This document shows positions 19,502 through 30,401 of a DNA stretch of 64,000 bases, in pieces. This DNA comes from a virus (lineage: Duplodnaviria > Caudoviricetes). Below the pieces are notes generated by a model. The model was not told the DNA's origin. It ran no database searches and worked only from the letters and a program-made list of their open reading frames with translations. Each line of letters opens with the position of its first letter. Within the stretch, counting starts at the first letter, position 1. The stretch spans positions 32,001 through 96,000 of IMG/VR virus record IMGVR_UViG_3300032218_002424, one strand, 5' to 3'. Both the position numbers and the translations under genes were made by a program.

Positions 19502-21489
19502 TGATCTCTGTAGGAACAGATGCGGACGACCTTGCCGTAAAAAATCTATTATCTCAAAGCACAAGCATGTCTATGGATATTGGTGCAACAATTGATATTA
19601 ATGTAAATTCAATGGTAGACTTTACAAGTTCTTCTATTACTGGAAATGATTATACTACGATTGCAAATCGTCAGCCATTTAAAAAGCTTTTTCCATTGGA
19701 TACAATTGTAAAGCCATTAAGACCAGTTTCGGCGGGAATTAAATATGGGGTATCAGGAGATGTTGCACAATATACATATGCAGATCCCACTACAGTTACA
19801 TATACTCCAGATGCACAAAAAACAAATACAATTAAATATAGAACCTATTATCCAGGTTCAGACACATATTACAAATATTGGCTAAGCCCAAAAGATCAGA
19901 ACGCATCCCTTGCGATTACATATCCAAAAACAGTTTATGCAAATAAAATAATTATAACATTTGAAATTAGTCATTCGATGCCATCTGCCTGGTCTATTAC
20001 AGTTGGTTCCTCAACAATATCTGGAACATCAGCAGATATTAAAAACTTCAATTCAACAAAGTTTGATGCTGGGCAGTTGGCACTTTATTACAATGGAACA
20101 ACATGGAGCAAAAATGCTTCAGATATTAATTTAAATTCTTATGCAAGCTTTACAACAATGTCAATGACCGCCACAAATCCAGGCGGATATATTGGAGTAA
20201 TTGAATTTGCACCACACTGGGTAAGAGATTTGACACCATATGTAGTTGATTTTAATTTAAGAAAAGAATCTTCAGCAAGTACTGAAGCACTAATTCCAGT
20301 AGGAAACATTACCGCAAACTCTTTATCAATGATGTTAAATAACTATAATGGCAATCAATCTTCTGGATCAATTTACTTTGAAACATATTTGAAGTCAACA
20401 ACAATTGATATTACAAAGATGTATTTATACAAGCAAGCTCAAATAAATCTTTATATAAAATTATACAATTCAGGCGGAGGGTATTCAGATTCAAAGGGAT
20501 CTTATTATAAGATTAATCAAGGAACATTTTATTTAGATTCATGGGATATCGCAGAGTATGGTGATGTTACTTTAAACGGACTTGATGGAGCAAAAATTCT
20601 TCAAGAAACATTAGCACCAGATATTTTTTGCGATGGCTATTCGTCCGTAGCAATTATTAGAAGATTGCTTGATGCAGTAGGATTTACAAATTATAGCTTT
20701 AACTACAATACAAATGATCAATCAATTATTTCTCCAAATTACTGGTGGACAGATGCCACAATGACAGTTTGGGATAACTTACAAAATCTTTGCAGAGATT
20801 CTCAGATGAGTGCTGTTATGGATGAAAACAATGTATTGCAGTTTTATACAAGAGACTTTATCTATGATGCTACTAAGTCTGTAAACTATCAGTTTAGAAA
20901 TTCTTTTAGTGGATCTGATTTATCAAATATAATTTCATTGGTTAAAAAAGATTTGCCATCTGTTAATCAGGTAAAAATTATTTACTACAGTGCCGTAAGC
21001 TCTGCATACGACCAAAGTAGTGCACCTCTTTGGTCATCTGGACAATCATTTCTTGCCGCAGCAGCATTGGTTGAAAATATTTTAACTAGTGATGTTCCTT
21101 CAATAGGAGTAAAAAAATATCTTCATCTTAATCCAATTGTTATTAATGATTTAAATGCAGAGCAAATTGTTTATAGTTACAACGGATTTTTTATGGTGGG
21201 ATCTGAGATTATAGAGTATGATGCTATAGAATATCAATATACAGATATTAATACGTTAGATTCTAAAACAATTGATGTTACTGGAGAATCTGATCTTCTT
21301 AAATATCGTGGGCAAGCAAAAATTAATGCAACCCCAGGAAATAATTTATATCAAACAACATTTACGCCAACTGGAAGATATAGAATTAAAACCAGAGGAG
21401 CGTTTGGCACAAAGATCGAAAATCATTATGTTAATGCAAAAAATGATTCAGATGGTTGGTCTGGATATAAAGGCGTGGTGTGGAAGTAA
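19501..21489 (+). CDS. Minor tail/baseplate hub protein
   Basis: Synteny; TVWDNLQNLC...DENNVLQF hub-like pattern. Confidence 0.6.
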   Translation: MISVGTDADDLAVKNLLSQSTSMSMDIGATIDINVNSMVDFTSSSITGNDYTTIANRQPFKKLFPLDTIVKPLRPVSAGIKYGVSGDVAQYTYADPTTVTYTPDAQKTNTIKYRTYYPGSDTYYKYWLSPKDQNASLAITYPKTVYANKIIITFEISHSMPSAWSITVGSSTISGTSADIKNFNSTKFDAGQLALYYNGTTWSKNASDINLNSYASFTTMSMTATNPGGYIGVIEFAPHWVRDLTPYVVDFNLRKESSASTEALIPVGNITANSLSMMLNNYNGNQSSGSIYFETYLKSTTIDITKMYLYKQAQINLYIKLYNSGGGYSDSKGSYYKINQGTFYLDSWDIAEYGDVTLNGLDGAKILQETLAPDIFCDGYSSVAIIRRLLDAVGFTNYSFNYNTNDQSIISPNYWWTDATMTVWDNLQNLCRDSQMSAVMDENNVLQFYTRDFIYDATKSVNYQFRNSFSGSDLSNIISLVKKDLPSVNQVKIIYYSAVSSAYDQSSAPLWSSGQSFLAAAALVENILTSDVPSIGVKKYLHLNPIVINDLNAEQIVYSYNGFFMVGSEIIEYDAIEYQYTDINTLDSKTIDVTGESDLLKYRGQAKINATPGNNLYQTTFTPTGRYRIKTRGAFGTKIENHYVNAKNDSDGWSGYKGVVWK

Positions 21490-22862
21490 TGGCAACAGAT
21501 CGTATTGTAGATTACAATGCAACAGTATCATCTGTTGCAGCTCAAGTAGATACAACTACTCAAGCATATGATGGAACTGAACAAGTTTCATATACAATGA
21601 ATAAAGAATTTAATGTTTCTAAATCTCTTCTTACAATTAGTACCGATAACGATTCTTCAACAAATTCTATTATTATAAGAGATAGCAAAATATCAACCGC
21701 CTCCCAATACTATGCTTTTGGCACAACTATGTTTTTTAAAGCATCCGTTAATGATGAAAGACAATGCGGTGGCATGGGATTTTTTGTTGATGGAAATGGT
21801 GCCACAGGATATTTTGTTTCAATTACTAGTACATCAACTGCCGCAGCTCAAGGTGGAAATGAATTTAAATTTTATAAGGTAAAAAATGGCAATAAGTATT
21901 TATTGGATGATTCTCAATCAGTAAGTGATGCGGCTAGACTTACTGGAATTTATAGTGGAACCTCTTACAAGATAGATATATTTGTAAATGTTGGGTCAAC
22001 CAAAACCGATCTTATTGCCTATGTTAATGGATTTAAAATTACAGCTTCAGATTCATCTAAAACAGTTGGGTCTAATACAATTGCAGTTTTACCTAAATCT
22101 AGCAAGATTGGACTTTATGCCAATCTGGGTACAGCAGCATTTGACTATGTTTATGCCATGCAAATAGATTCAACACAATTTAACTCTGCAAATACATATA
22201 ATATTTATAAGCAAAGCTTTTCTAAAACAGCAATTGATGTAGCATACGGAGATTTATTTGTAAGTGGAACTCAAGAAGTTGATTCATCAACATCAACAAA
22301 ATTTGTTCAAGAGTTTGGGCCAGTTGCTAGAGAAATTAGAAATATCAAAACTAGATACGACTCTACTCCAGCTTTTCCAAAATATATTACAACTGGAATT
22401 AATCAGGCGGTTTCAGTTATTGGATCTAAACTTTCTTCGTTTACAGCAGACATATATCTTTTAAATAATTCTGGAACCTATGTTCCAATTGATGATGGAG
22501 CACTCACATCGTTTGCAATTATTGGAAATACAATTACAACAAGCAGCCCACTTACTTATATGGATGATACACTAGACCCATATTCTCCACAAGAACCAGT
22601 TGCATTTAATTCACAATGGATTCAAAAATATATTGATGCTAAAAATCTTTCTGATTGGATTAAAAATCAATGGAAAAATCAACAAAGAACTATTGAATTA
22701 GTTACATTTGCAAATCCATTAATTTCAGTTTCAGATATTATTACAGTTGATTATCCGTTCAATGGATTGTCTTCAAGTAATAAATTTGTAGTTACAAATG
22801 TTACTCAAGCATGGAAGGACGGGTTAGAGACTACCATTACAGCTAGATCCATTTATAGTTGA
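21489..22862 (+). CDS. Minor tail protein (lectin-like beta domain plus hub-type C-terminus)
   Basis: TAATG coupling; ends ANPLISVSDIITV...FVVTNV...GLETTITARS. Confidence 0.55.
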   Translation: MATDRIVDYNATVSSVAAQVDTTTQAYDGTEQVSYTMNKEFNVSKSLLTISTDNDSSTNSIIIRDSKISTASQYYAFGTTMFFKASVNDERQCGGMGFFVDGNGATGYFVSITSTSTAAAQGGNEFKFYKVKNGNKYLLDDSQSVSDAARLTGIYSGTSYKIDIFVNVGSTKTDLIAYVNGFKITASDSSKTVGSNTIAVLPKSSKIGLYANLGTAAFDYVYAMQIDSTQFNSANTYNIYKQSFSKTAIDVAYGDLFVSGTQEVDSSTSTKFVQEFGPVAREIRNIKTRYDSTPAFPKYITTGINQAVSVIGSKLSSFTADIYLLNNSGTYVPIDDGALTSFAIIGNTITTSSPLTYMDDTLDPYSPQEPVAFNSQWIQKYIDAKNLSDWIKNQWKNQQRTIELVTFANPLISVSDIITVDYPFNGLSSSNKFVVTNVTQAWKDGLETTITARSIYS

Positions 22863-22883
22863 CCAAATGGTATAATTAAAATT

Positions 22884-23276
22884 ATGACTAATGCTAACAT
22901 TTCCAGCAACCAAGTAGCAAAAAATGCTCCGATATTTTTAACGGCAGATTCACCAGAGCTATATTACCTAGACCCATCCTTTGTAAGAATTATTTCTGCA
23001 AATGCTACCACTAGCTATGTTAATGCATATTTGTCTGGCGGAAATTTTGGAGGAGGAAGTGGGCCAGTTGTTCCACCATCAAATCCAGTTGATCCAGTTA
23101 ATCCAAAAACTCCAGCAAAAGGAAAAAAGCTTCCACCAGATCTTTCTGATATTTCAATTTATAAACAAGAGATTGATTACACGGTTAATCCCCCAAAAGT
23201 TAATATTACATTTAGAGTAAAAAATTCAACTGGACTATCAGTTGTCGGACTGAATATGTTGGTGCCTAAGCAATGA
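22884..23276 (+). CDS. Minor tail protein
   Basis: Leaderless (TGGTATAAT at 22868-22876); Gly/Pro linker; synteny. Confidence 0.5.
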   Translation: MTNANISSNQVAKNAPIFLTADSPELYYLDPSFVRIISANATTSYVNAYLSGGNFGGGSGPVVPPSNPVDPVNPKTPAKGKKLPPDLSDISIYKQEIDYTVNPPKVNITFRVKNSTGLSVVGLNMLVPKQ

Positions 23277-24148
23277 TTACTAAATTTGGAAAAAGATTTA
23301 TTACTTCTTATCTAGCAGGAAATGCCCCGTTCCCAGGGCAAGAGCTTGCAATTGGTATTGATTCAACAGCAGTTAATTCAAGCGGTAACGATACACGACT
23401 TGGATTTGAATTTTATAGATATCCAGTAACCCTAGGCTCAATTGATATTCAAACAGATCAATCTGGCAACAGCACATATGCAGTTGTTTATAAAACAACT
23501 ATTCCACAAGACGTGGCGGGGATTGTAAAGGAAATAGGTCTTTACCCAGGAGTAAGATCTAGCGTTAATGCATTTGATAGCAAGTTTATTTCAGATTTTG
23601 AAAACAATTTATTGTGGGTAGACTCTACTGGAATTAATCCAGATTTAGTTACAACTCCAACACCAAGAATTGGATCAACAATGTTTAAGATTGTTTCCGC
23701 ATCAGGAGCTGTAAAAGAATTTACCTCATCAATTATTCCTCTTAATATTTCTGGTTATAGTCAAAATGACACACTTGCTTTGTCTTATAACCAAGCAGAT
23801 ACCAATCTTTCTTCTATCAAGATAAAGTTTTATAGTTCTGATTCAGATTATGTTTATTTAAACTATACTAACTTTTCCGCAACTGGAGAAGCAATTAAAA
23901 GCCTTCCGCTATCTGGATTAGTTACAGTAGGAAATCCAGATACAACATCAATCTTTAAAGTTGGTGTAGAGGTGACTGCCAAAAATACTGGTGCAACAAC
24001 AGTTTATTTGGACGGATTAAGAATTAATGACGAAGATACTTTCGATCCTAGATTTGGAATGATTGCTAGATCAGTTCTTTCAACACCACTTACAAAGTTG
24101 GCTGGAAGACCAGTTGATATAGAATACAGATTGGCACTGAACTTTTAA
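23273..24148 (+). CDS. Baseplate/tail-fibre anchor protein
   Basis: MITKFGKRF...LAIG...L.FE.YR...EIGL pattern of fibre N-terminal/baseplate domains. Confidence 0.6.
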   Translation: MITKFGKRFITSYLAGNAPFPGQELAIGIDSTAVNSSGNDTRLGFEFYRYPVTLGSIDIQTDQSGNSTYAVVYKTTIPQDVAGIVKEIGLYPGVRSSVNAFDSKFISDFENNLLWVDSTGINPDLVTTPTPRIGSTMFKIVSASGAVKEFTSSIIPLNISGYSQNDTLALSYNQADTNLSSIKIKFYSSDSDYVYLNYTNFSATGEAIKSLPLSGLVTVGNPDTTSIFKVGVEVTAKNTGATTVYLDGLRINDEDTFDPRFGMIARSVLSTPLTKLAGRPVDIEYRLALNF

Positions 24149-26271
24149 TGGCAGGACTATTAATCCCAGCTGATCTTAACGTAAAAGGATATGCAGATCC
24201 TTCCGATAAGAATTACTTTGACGTAAAAGCAACAGGCTTACTTCCAAACACTGGATATGGATTTCAATTTCAATGGGTGTTTGAAGATGGAACAACAAGT
24301 GATTGGTCAGCAACAAGATATGTTTTGACAGATTTAATTTCAACTCCTGGACAACCAGATCTTGGCGTTAACGATGTGGTTGGCGGAGCTGGATATATTA
24401 AAGTAAATTGGTCAGGAACATCTCAAGGTTCTCCAATCACAAACATTTCAAGAGTTGATGTTTATATAAGCGGTGCACCATTTGACGGAACAAAACCAGC
24501 GGAAACATTTGTTACATCTGGTACTAAAACAATTGCAGCCCCAGGCGGAACCTATATTGTAAAACTACAAGCCATTCGTCCAGATGGCACAACCTCTTCA
24601 TTATTTAGTCTTTCAAGAACTGTAGTTGTGACAGACATTGTTACCGAAACAATACAAGATCCAACAAATCCAAATGGTTTTTCCATAGACAGAATTCTTT
24701 CTGGAATTCAAGTAAATTGGGCAGGAACATACGCCAATGGAACATTTACTGGATTTCAAGCAATTAAAATTTATGTAGGCAATTCAGCAACCGCTACAGC
24801 TGGAACATATAAAGAAGCTGGTGTAATGACTGGCAACAATCTTAAAAATACAATTACAATTCCAGTAGACGGAACATATTTAAATTATGATACTCCAGTT
24901 TACATTCATGCAGCAGCAGTAAACAAAAATGGAACAGTTGGAACCATACAGCAAAATGTTGCTAACGAACCGCTTGGAGCAAGATCTGCAATACCATCTG
25001 ATTTAGCAAATCAAATTATTACAAATGCAAAATTAGTTGATGCTGCAATTACTGAAGCTAAAATTGCTACATCAGCAATTACAACAACTAAAATTGCAGA
25101 TGATGCAATCACATCATCCAAAATTATTGCAAACGCTATTACTGCAGATAAAATAGTTTCATCAGCAATTACTGCAGATAAAATTGCTGCAAATGCTATT
25201 ACTGCTGGCAAAATTTCTGCTGGATCAATTGATGTTACAAAATTAGCAGCAGGAACTATATCGGTTAATAATTTAGAGGCTGGCTTGATTACAAGCACAT
25301 CATATATTCGTGCAGGTGCATCAACTGGTGCTAGAGTTGAAATATCAAGTTCAAATATAACTAATGGTCCATCTGCTGGATTTTACATTTATGATTCAAC
25401 TGGTGTAGCAATTCTTTCAGCTCCACTAGCTGGAGGCCTATCAATAACTGGCGGTGGAACATTTAGCGGAAACTTGCAAGGAGCTGGCGGTACATTTACT
25501 GGTGCATTAAATGTTGGAACACAAAATGCTGGTGGATTATATCCATTTAGTGTTTCTAATAATGGGTATATGAGAACTATAAATGCATCAATTGGTGGAT
25601 TTATAATTGACGACACTTCTATATCAGCAAACAATAATACTTTTCAAATGAACAGTACAAATGGCAGACTTGCTGTAGGAACAATAACAGATTCACACAT
25701 TGAAATTGACGGAACAAATGGAATCATTCATAAAAACAATTCTTCAGCAACTGGTAATTTTCAATTAACACCAACAGGATCTTTAACATTAGGTTCAAGT
25801 TCTGGATCTAATTATTTTTCTTGGACTGGATCAGCATTAACTGTTAAATCTACAAGCGTTTCTTTTATTGGAGATAGTGCTTCATCATTTACAGTTAATT
25901 CAAACGGAATTTCTTTAATAGGAAACCCAAGAACTTCAGGTTCTGGAACAGATACCTGGGCAGCATACAGTGGTGGAACTCAAATTTTAGCTAATAGCAC
26001 AGGTCTTCATATGTATGGAATACCAGTTCAGCAAGATGCAGACATTGCATACCGTGCACAAGGAGCATACGATCCTCATCCAGGATATAGAAAAGGTTCA
26101 GGCGGTCAAGATTTATATCCATTAGGTGCAGTTGGAAGACAAAGAATGGTTGTTGAAAGACCTGAAACTGGCGAACTTCAAATGGGTATGGCTGTTTACT
26201 ATAGAGCAACTGGCAACTCTGATCCAGGATATACTTCTGGGTATGTAGGAGATTTGTGGGTAGTGTACTAA
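24148..26271 (+). CDS. Tail fibre protein (FN3 domains plus repeat shaft)
   Basis: FN3-like N-terminus, AITxxKI repeats, Gly-rich beta repeats, C-terminal GDLWVVY. Confidence 0.78.
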   Translation: MAGLLIPADLNVKGYADPSDKNYFDVKATGLLPNTGYGFQFQWVFEDGTTSDWSATRYVLTDLISTPGQPDLGVNDVVGGAGYIKVNWSGTSQGSPITNISRVDVYISGAPFDGTKPAETFVTSGTKTIAAPGGTYIVKLQAIRPDGTTSSLFSLSRTVVVTDIVTETIQDPTNPNGFSIDRILSGIQVNWAGTYANGTFTGFQAIKIYVGNSATATAGTYKEAGVMTGNNLKNTITIPVDGTYLNYDTPVYIHAAAVNKNGTVGTIQQNVANEPLGARSAIPSDLANQIITNAKLVDAAITEAKIATSAITTTKIADDAITSSKIIANAITADKIVSSAITADKIAANAITAGKISAGSIDVTKLAAGTISVNNLEAGLITSTSYIRAGASTGARVEISSSNITNGPSAGFYIYDSTGVAILSAPLAGGLSITGGGTFSGNLQGAGGTFTGALNVGTQNAGGLYPFSVSNNGYMRTINASIGGFIIDDTSISANNNTFQMNSTNGRLAVGTITDSHIEIDGTNGIIHKNNSSATGNFQLTPTGSLTLGSSSGSNYFSWTGSALTVKSTSVSFIGDSASSFTVNSNGISLIGNPRTSGSGTDTWAAYSGGTQILANSTGLHMYGIPVQQDADIAYRAQGAYDPHPGYRKGSGGQDLYPLGAVGRQRMVVERPETGELQMGMAVYYRATGNSDPGYTSGYVGDLWVVY
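25015..25284 (+). repeat. Nine degenerate 30-bp (10-aa) coding repeats
   Basis: IITNAKLVDA/AITEAKIATS/AITTTKIADD/AITSSKIIAN/AITADKIVSS/AITADKIAAN/AITAGKISAG/SIDVTKLAAG/TISVNNLEAG. Confidence 0.85.
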
Positions 26272-29200
26272 ATGCCATTTTGGGTAAAAGATAGTGCGTA
26301 TTCTTGGTCTCCTGTAAAAGAATTATGGGTTAAAGTAGCAAGCAATGGATCTGGTGCTTGGCAATTGGCTTCTGAGGCATGGGTAAAAGTTTCATCAACT
26401 GGATCAAGTGCTTGGAAAAAGTTTTATACTAATACTTCTTTAAAGCCATACAGCACTGTACCAATTTCAATTAGAACTTCAAGTTATACTGGAACAAATG
26501 TAAGTGGATCATATACTTATGTGGGAACAAAATTATGGGGAAATGAGTCTGTAAGTCCAACTAACTATTGGCAAAATGGTCCTTTTACAAGTACATCTTA
26601 TAATTGGTATTATAGTAAAACATCTGATGGTTCTGGATTATTAGATGGTTATACAAACATTGATACGTTTGATTCAACATATTATGATGGATATTACATT
26701 TACTTTCAAGTTAAAAAAACAAATTCAAGAGGTCTTTCTGGAACAGAAACAAGTTCTCCAGCATATATATGTTTACACGTTCCAACTCATGGAACAAATA
26801 CTTTTGGTCTTACTACAACTGCAGCACAAGTCGGGACACCGATAACCTTTGCCTACTCTTGGAAAAATTCTAGTTCTTATGGAATTGATACGTCTAGATC
26901 AACAATTGAATGGTATAGGGGATATCCATATGCAGATAAAAGAAATTTAATTGAATCAAAAACATATTCGCAGCTTGTTGCCACATCTTATGGATCAGAT
27001 TATTATGGAACTTATTCTTATACTCCAATAACTGCAGATCTAAATAATAACATTTATGTTGTGTCAACTGCATACAATTCTTATACAGATTATACTTCAT
27101 CTCCAATTGTAGACACATATTCTTCTGATGTTATTTATACTAAGCCTATAATTAATAATCCAGTAACTATAAATAAAGACGGCGGTTATCAAACATATGG
27201 GTATAATTTAAGTGCAAATACTCAAACGTATACTCCAACATCAGATCTAGTTTATTGGGGTTGGCAATATGCATCAACAAATACTGCAACTACAGGAAGA
27301 ACATTTTATCATTATATAAGTCCACCAGGAATACAAGTAAATGATTTTGGTTCAGATTCGTATGAGGGCGGAACACACACATTTACTTTGAGAGACGTAT
27401 ACGATAATGCAACAGGAAATACCGTATCTTTAGTTGGACAGTATTTAAGATTTTATTCTATTGGTCAAAAAGGCGGGGCACAATCAGATGTAAACTATTC
27501 TTCTTGGATTGGTCCAATATATAATGCCCCAGTTGCACCAACTACAGGTCCATCTATAAGTTTTGCAGGAGCATATAGTGCTTCATATGCATACATACGT
27601 GCATTTTGGGATCCAGTAACATATACCAAAGACTATACACTTCAATATAAGTCTGGAAGTTCTTGGGTAGATTTAGTAACTTTAACAACCGCACCACAAT
27701 ATGCTTCAACAGATTCATTTTTGGTTCCAGTAGGAAGTCAAATATTTAGAGTCAGAACAAGAAATGATGACGGAATAAATTTATATTCTCCAGAAGTAAC
27801 CTATGTTGTGACTGGAACTTATAACTTTGCTTTTGGAAATTATTTATATCCAAATACAAATGGTCAAATCGGTTTGGATGGTGGAGTTCAAACTGTATAT
27901 CCTTCTTCTGGAAGAGCTATTGGAGTTTATCCATTAGACATGGCAGAAACTACAACTGGATATTATTCAGATAGTAGATATTTTTATATTCAATTTTCTG
28001 GATATCAATATCAAAATGTTGGAACTGCAACATATGCACTTAGATATCAAGTAAAATTTGATACCTTAAATCCTACATATGCTGATGTTTTAATATGCAA
28101 TAAGGGATCATCTTTGCCTTTAACAGTAACTCAACCTGGACTCTATAATGGATCAAATGCAGTTTCTGGACTTCCAGGACCATATGTTATTTCTACTGGT
28201 ACAAAATATAGAATATATATGGACGGAACTATTGGAAGCTTTGGACAAACTCAAGCACAGATTCCATCTTCAAATTTCATTACAGATTCCTTGGCTTATG
28301 GTACAGCAGATGATGGATATCACAGTATTGCAACTTCAGCAAATCAATATCAAAAAAATATGCTATCAGTTACATCAGCAACAGTTGATTCAAGTGGAGT
28401 ACATGTTTCGTTTACTGGACTTAATGATTATTCTTATTACAACTATACACTAAATACTGGAAGTTATAGCGGATCTGTTTGGAATTCTTTAAATAGCCAA
28501 ACTGCTAATCCTTTAAATATTGGAAGTTTAACAGGTGGTACTACATATTATTTAACAATCACACCTTACAACTCTTTGGGACAAGCTGGAAACGTATATC
28601 AAAATTCATTTACAGCCCCAAATAATCCACAACCATTTACAACAACCAGCGGAAGCAAAGGTTTTCCTTCTGGAGCAACACAGTCTGTATCTGAACCATC
28701 TGGAAATAGAACAGTTACAGTGGGATGGAATTCATCTACAAATTCTGCTGTATATGAGGTAGCACTACAAGGAAGTACAGATAACAGTACATGGAGTTAT
28801 GTAACAATTGGTGGAGTATCTCAAACTTTAGATAATTCGGCATATGTTTTGTCTGGAACAAGTAAAACCTTTACAGCACCATACTATAGATATTACAGAT
28901 ATACTGTTCGTGGAAGAGGCTCAGACTATAGCTTGTCAAATGCAGTATATAGTGATTATGGAACATCCACTAGTTTAGTTTGGAAAAATGTTGATGGAAC
29001 TGCTCCAAGTTCTGTAAGTCTAGGAACTATAACAAAAACTACTACAACTGCTTCTATTCCATTTACAATTCCTTCTGGAGGATCAAATACAGTAGACTGG
29101 ATTCAATATTCAACTGATTTAGTTAGTTGGACCAATACTTATACAAGCCCACTATCTTTATCAAGTTTAAGTGCAAATACATCTTATAACTATTATATTA

Positions 29201-30177
29201 GAGCTTTAAACTGGGATCAGATAGCTGGATCATATTCAACTGCAAGTTTTACAACAGATCAAATTGCAGTTCCTACAAATAGTTCTGTGCCAACACTTAG
29301 CGGAACAACAAAAGTTGGACAGACATTAACATTTGGTGTCGGTTCTTGGACTGGTTCACCAACTTCATATTCTTTGAGGCTTTATAGAGGAACAGCTGGA
29401 GTTGCAACGTCTGAAACTTTGGTTAAAGATGCTGGAAATACAACAAGCAGTACATATGCTATTCCTTTATCTGATTATACAGATGCACAAAGTAATAGCA
29501 GATATTACTACAGAGCATTTGCAACAGCAACAAATGCTGGTGGAACTTCTAATAGCGGTACATATACGGCTGGTACTGAATTAGGACCTCTTACAAATAT
29601 AGTTTTGTATACAGTAACATTTGATGCAAATGGTGGAAGCAGTACTCCTTCTGCAGTTACACAAACTACAGAAGGAGGATCAGTAACATTAGCCGCTGCA
29701 ATATCAAGAACTGGATATACATTTGGAGGATGGAATACAAATTCTTCTGGTACGGGAACCAACTATTCTGCATCTTCTTCATATACTCCAAGTGCAAATA
29801 TTACTTTATATGCAAAATGGACAGCAAATGTTACAATTCCTCCAACCCCAACTATATCAATTTATGGTTATGGTAGTTCTAATAATTCAACGGCATCTGG
29901 ATTTACAATTGCTTCTTCAGGTGCAACATCTGTAAACTGGTATTTGTACAGAACTGCAACTGGAACTGGAACTACTGGTTATGGAACTGGAACGTATACA
30001 CAGGTTGCATCAGGATCATATGCCACGTCTGGAAGTGTTAACGTATTTATTTATCTTGCTTATGCAAATTCAAATGGATATTACTACCTTACCGCATCCG
30101 CAACAAATAGTGCAGGAACTAGCTCAATTTCTTCTAGATTTCCTGCAGCAGCTACAAGAAACTGGTTTTATTACTAA
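26272..30177 (+). CDS. Receptor-binding adhesin with Ig/FN3 domains and a Listeria-Bacteroides (InlB B-type) repeat
   Basis: S/T/Y-rich beta domains; LTGGTTYYLTITPYN and LSANTSYNYYIRA (FN3); YTVTFDANGG...RTGYTFGGWNT...ITLYAKW (B-repeat). Confidence 0.75.
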   Translation: MPFWVKDSAYSWSPVKELWVKVASNGSGAWQLASEAWVKVSSTGSSAWKKFYTNTSLKPYSTVPISIRTSSYTGTNVSGSYTYVGTKLWGNESVSPTNYWQNGPFTSTSYNWYYSKTSDGSGLLDGYTNIDTFDSTYYDGYYIYFQVKKTNSRGLSGTETSSPAYICLHVPTHGTNTFGLTTTAAQVGTPITFAYSWKNSSSYGIDTSRSTIEWYRGYPYADKRNLIESKTYSQLVATSYGSDYYGTYSYTPITADLNNNIYVVSTAYNSYTDYTSSPIVDTYSSDVIYTKPIINNPVTINKDGGYQTYGYNLSANTQTYTPTSDLVYWGWQYASTNTATTGRTFYHYISPPGIQVNDFGSDSYEGGTHTFTLRDVYDNATGNTVSLVGQYLRFYSIGQKGGAQSDVNYSSWIGPIYNAPVAPTTGPSISFAGAYSASYAYIRAFWDPVTYTKDYTLQYKSGSSWVDLVTLTTAPQYASTDSFLVPVGSQIFRVRTRNDDGINLYSPEVTYVVTGTYNFAFGNYLYPNTNGQIGLDGGVQTVYPSSGRAIGVYPLDMAETTTGYYSDSRYFYIQFSGYQYQNVGTATYALRYQVKFDTLNPTYADVLICNKGSSLPLTVTQPGLYNGSNAVSGLPGPYVISTGTKYRIYMDGTIGSFGQTQAQIPSSNFITDSLAYGTADDGYHSIATSANQYQKNMLSVTSATVDSSGVHVSFTGLNDYSYYNYTLNTGSYSGSVWNSLNSQTANPLNIGSLTGGTTYYLTITPYNSLGQAGNVYQNSFTAPNNPQPFTTTSGSKGFPSGATQSVSEPSGNRTVTVGWNSSTNSAVYEVALQGSTDNSTWSYVTIGGVSQTLDNSAYVLSGTSKTFTAPYYRYYRYTVRGRGSDYSLSNAVYSDYGTSTSLVWKNVDGTAPSSVSLGTITKTTTTASIPFTIPSGGSNTVDWIQYSTDLVSWTNTYTSPLSLSSLSANTSYNYYIRALNWDQIAGSYSTASFTTDQIAVPTNSSVPTLSGTTKVGQTLTFGVGSWTGSPTSYSLRLYRGTAGVATSETLVKDAGNTTSSTYAIPLSDYTDAQSNSRYYYRAFATATNAGGTSNSGTYTAGTELGPLTNIVLYTVTFDANGGSSTPSAVTQTTEGGSVTLAAAISRTGYTFGGWNTNSSGTGTNYSASSSYTPSANITLYAKWTANVTIPPTPTISIYGYGSSNNSTASGFTIASSGATSVNWYLYRTATGTGTTGYGTGTYTQVASGSYATSGSVNVFIYLAYANSNGYYYLTASATNSAGTSSISSRFPAAATRNWFYY

Positions 30178-30374
30178 TGAACGATATAAACTTTGAAAAA
30201 ATAACAAATGAGAAAATACAGATATATTTGGATAGAAAAATAAAATTTCAATCCATAATAGATTTGTCTGAAGATGAACAAGAAAAAGCTTGGTTATCAA
30301 ATGCGATAATTGAAATGGACAAGATAATTGAGTCTTTTAGGCTAAATTTAGAGTCCTTGACCCAACAGGGTTAG
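30177..30374 (+). CDS. Small helical protein, possible fibre chaperone
   Basis: TAATG coupling to the adhesin gene. Confidence 0.5.
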   Translation: MNDINFEKITNEKIQIYLDRKIKFQSIIDLSEDEQEKAWLSNAIIEMDKIIESFRLNLESLTQQG

Positions 30375-30401
30375 TTTGCTATAATATAGGAGGAGGAAAC
30401 A

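Noticed and set aside
26272-30177. Diversity-generating retroelement targeting the adhesin
   Set aside because: No reverse transcriptase and no template/variable repeat pair seen in the window.
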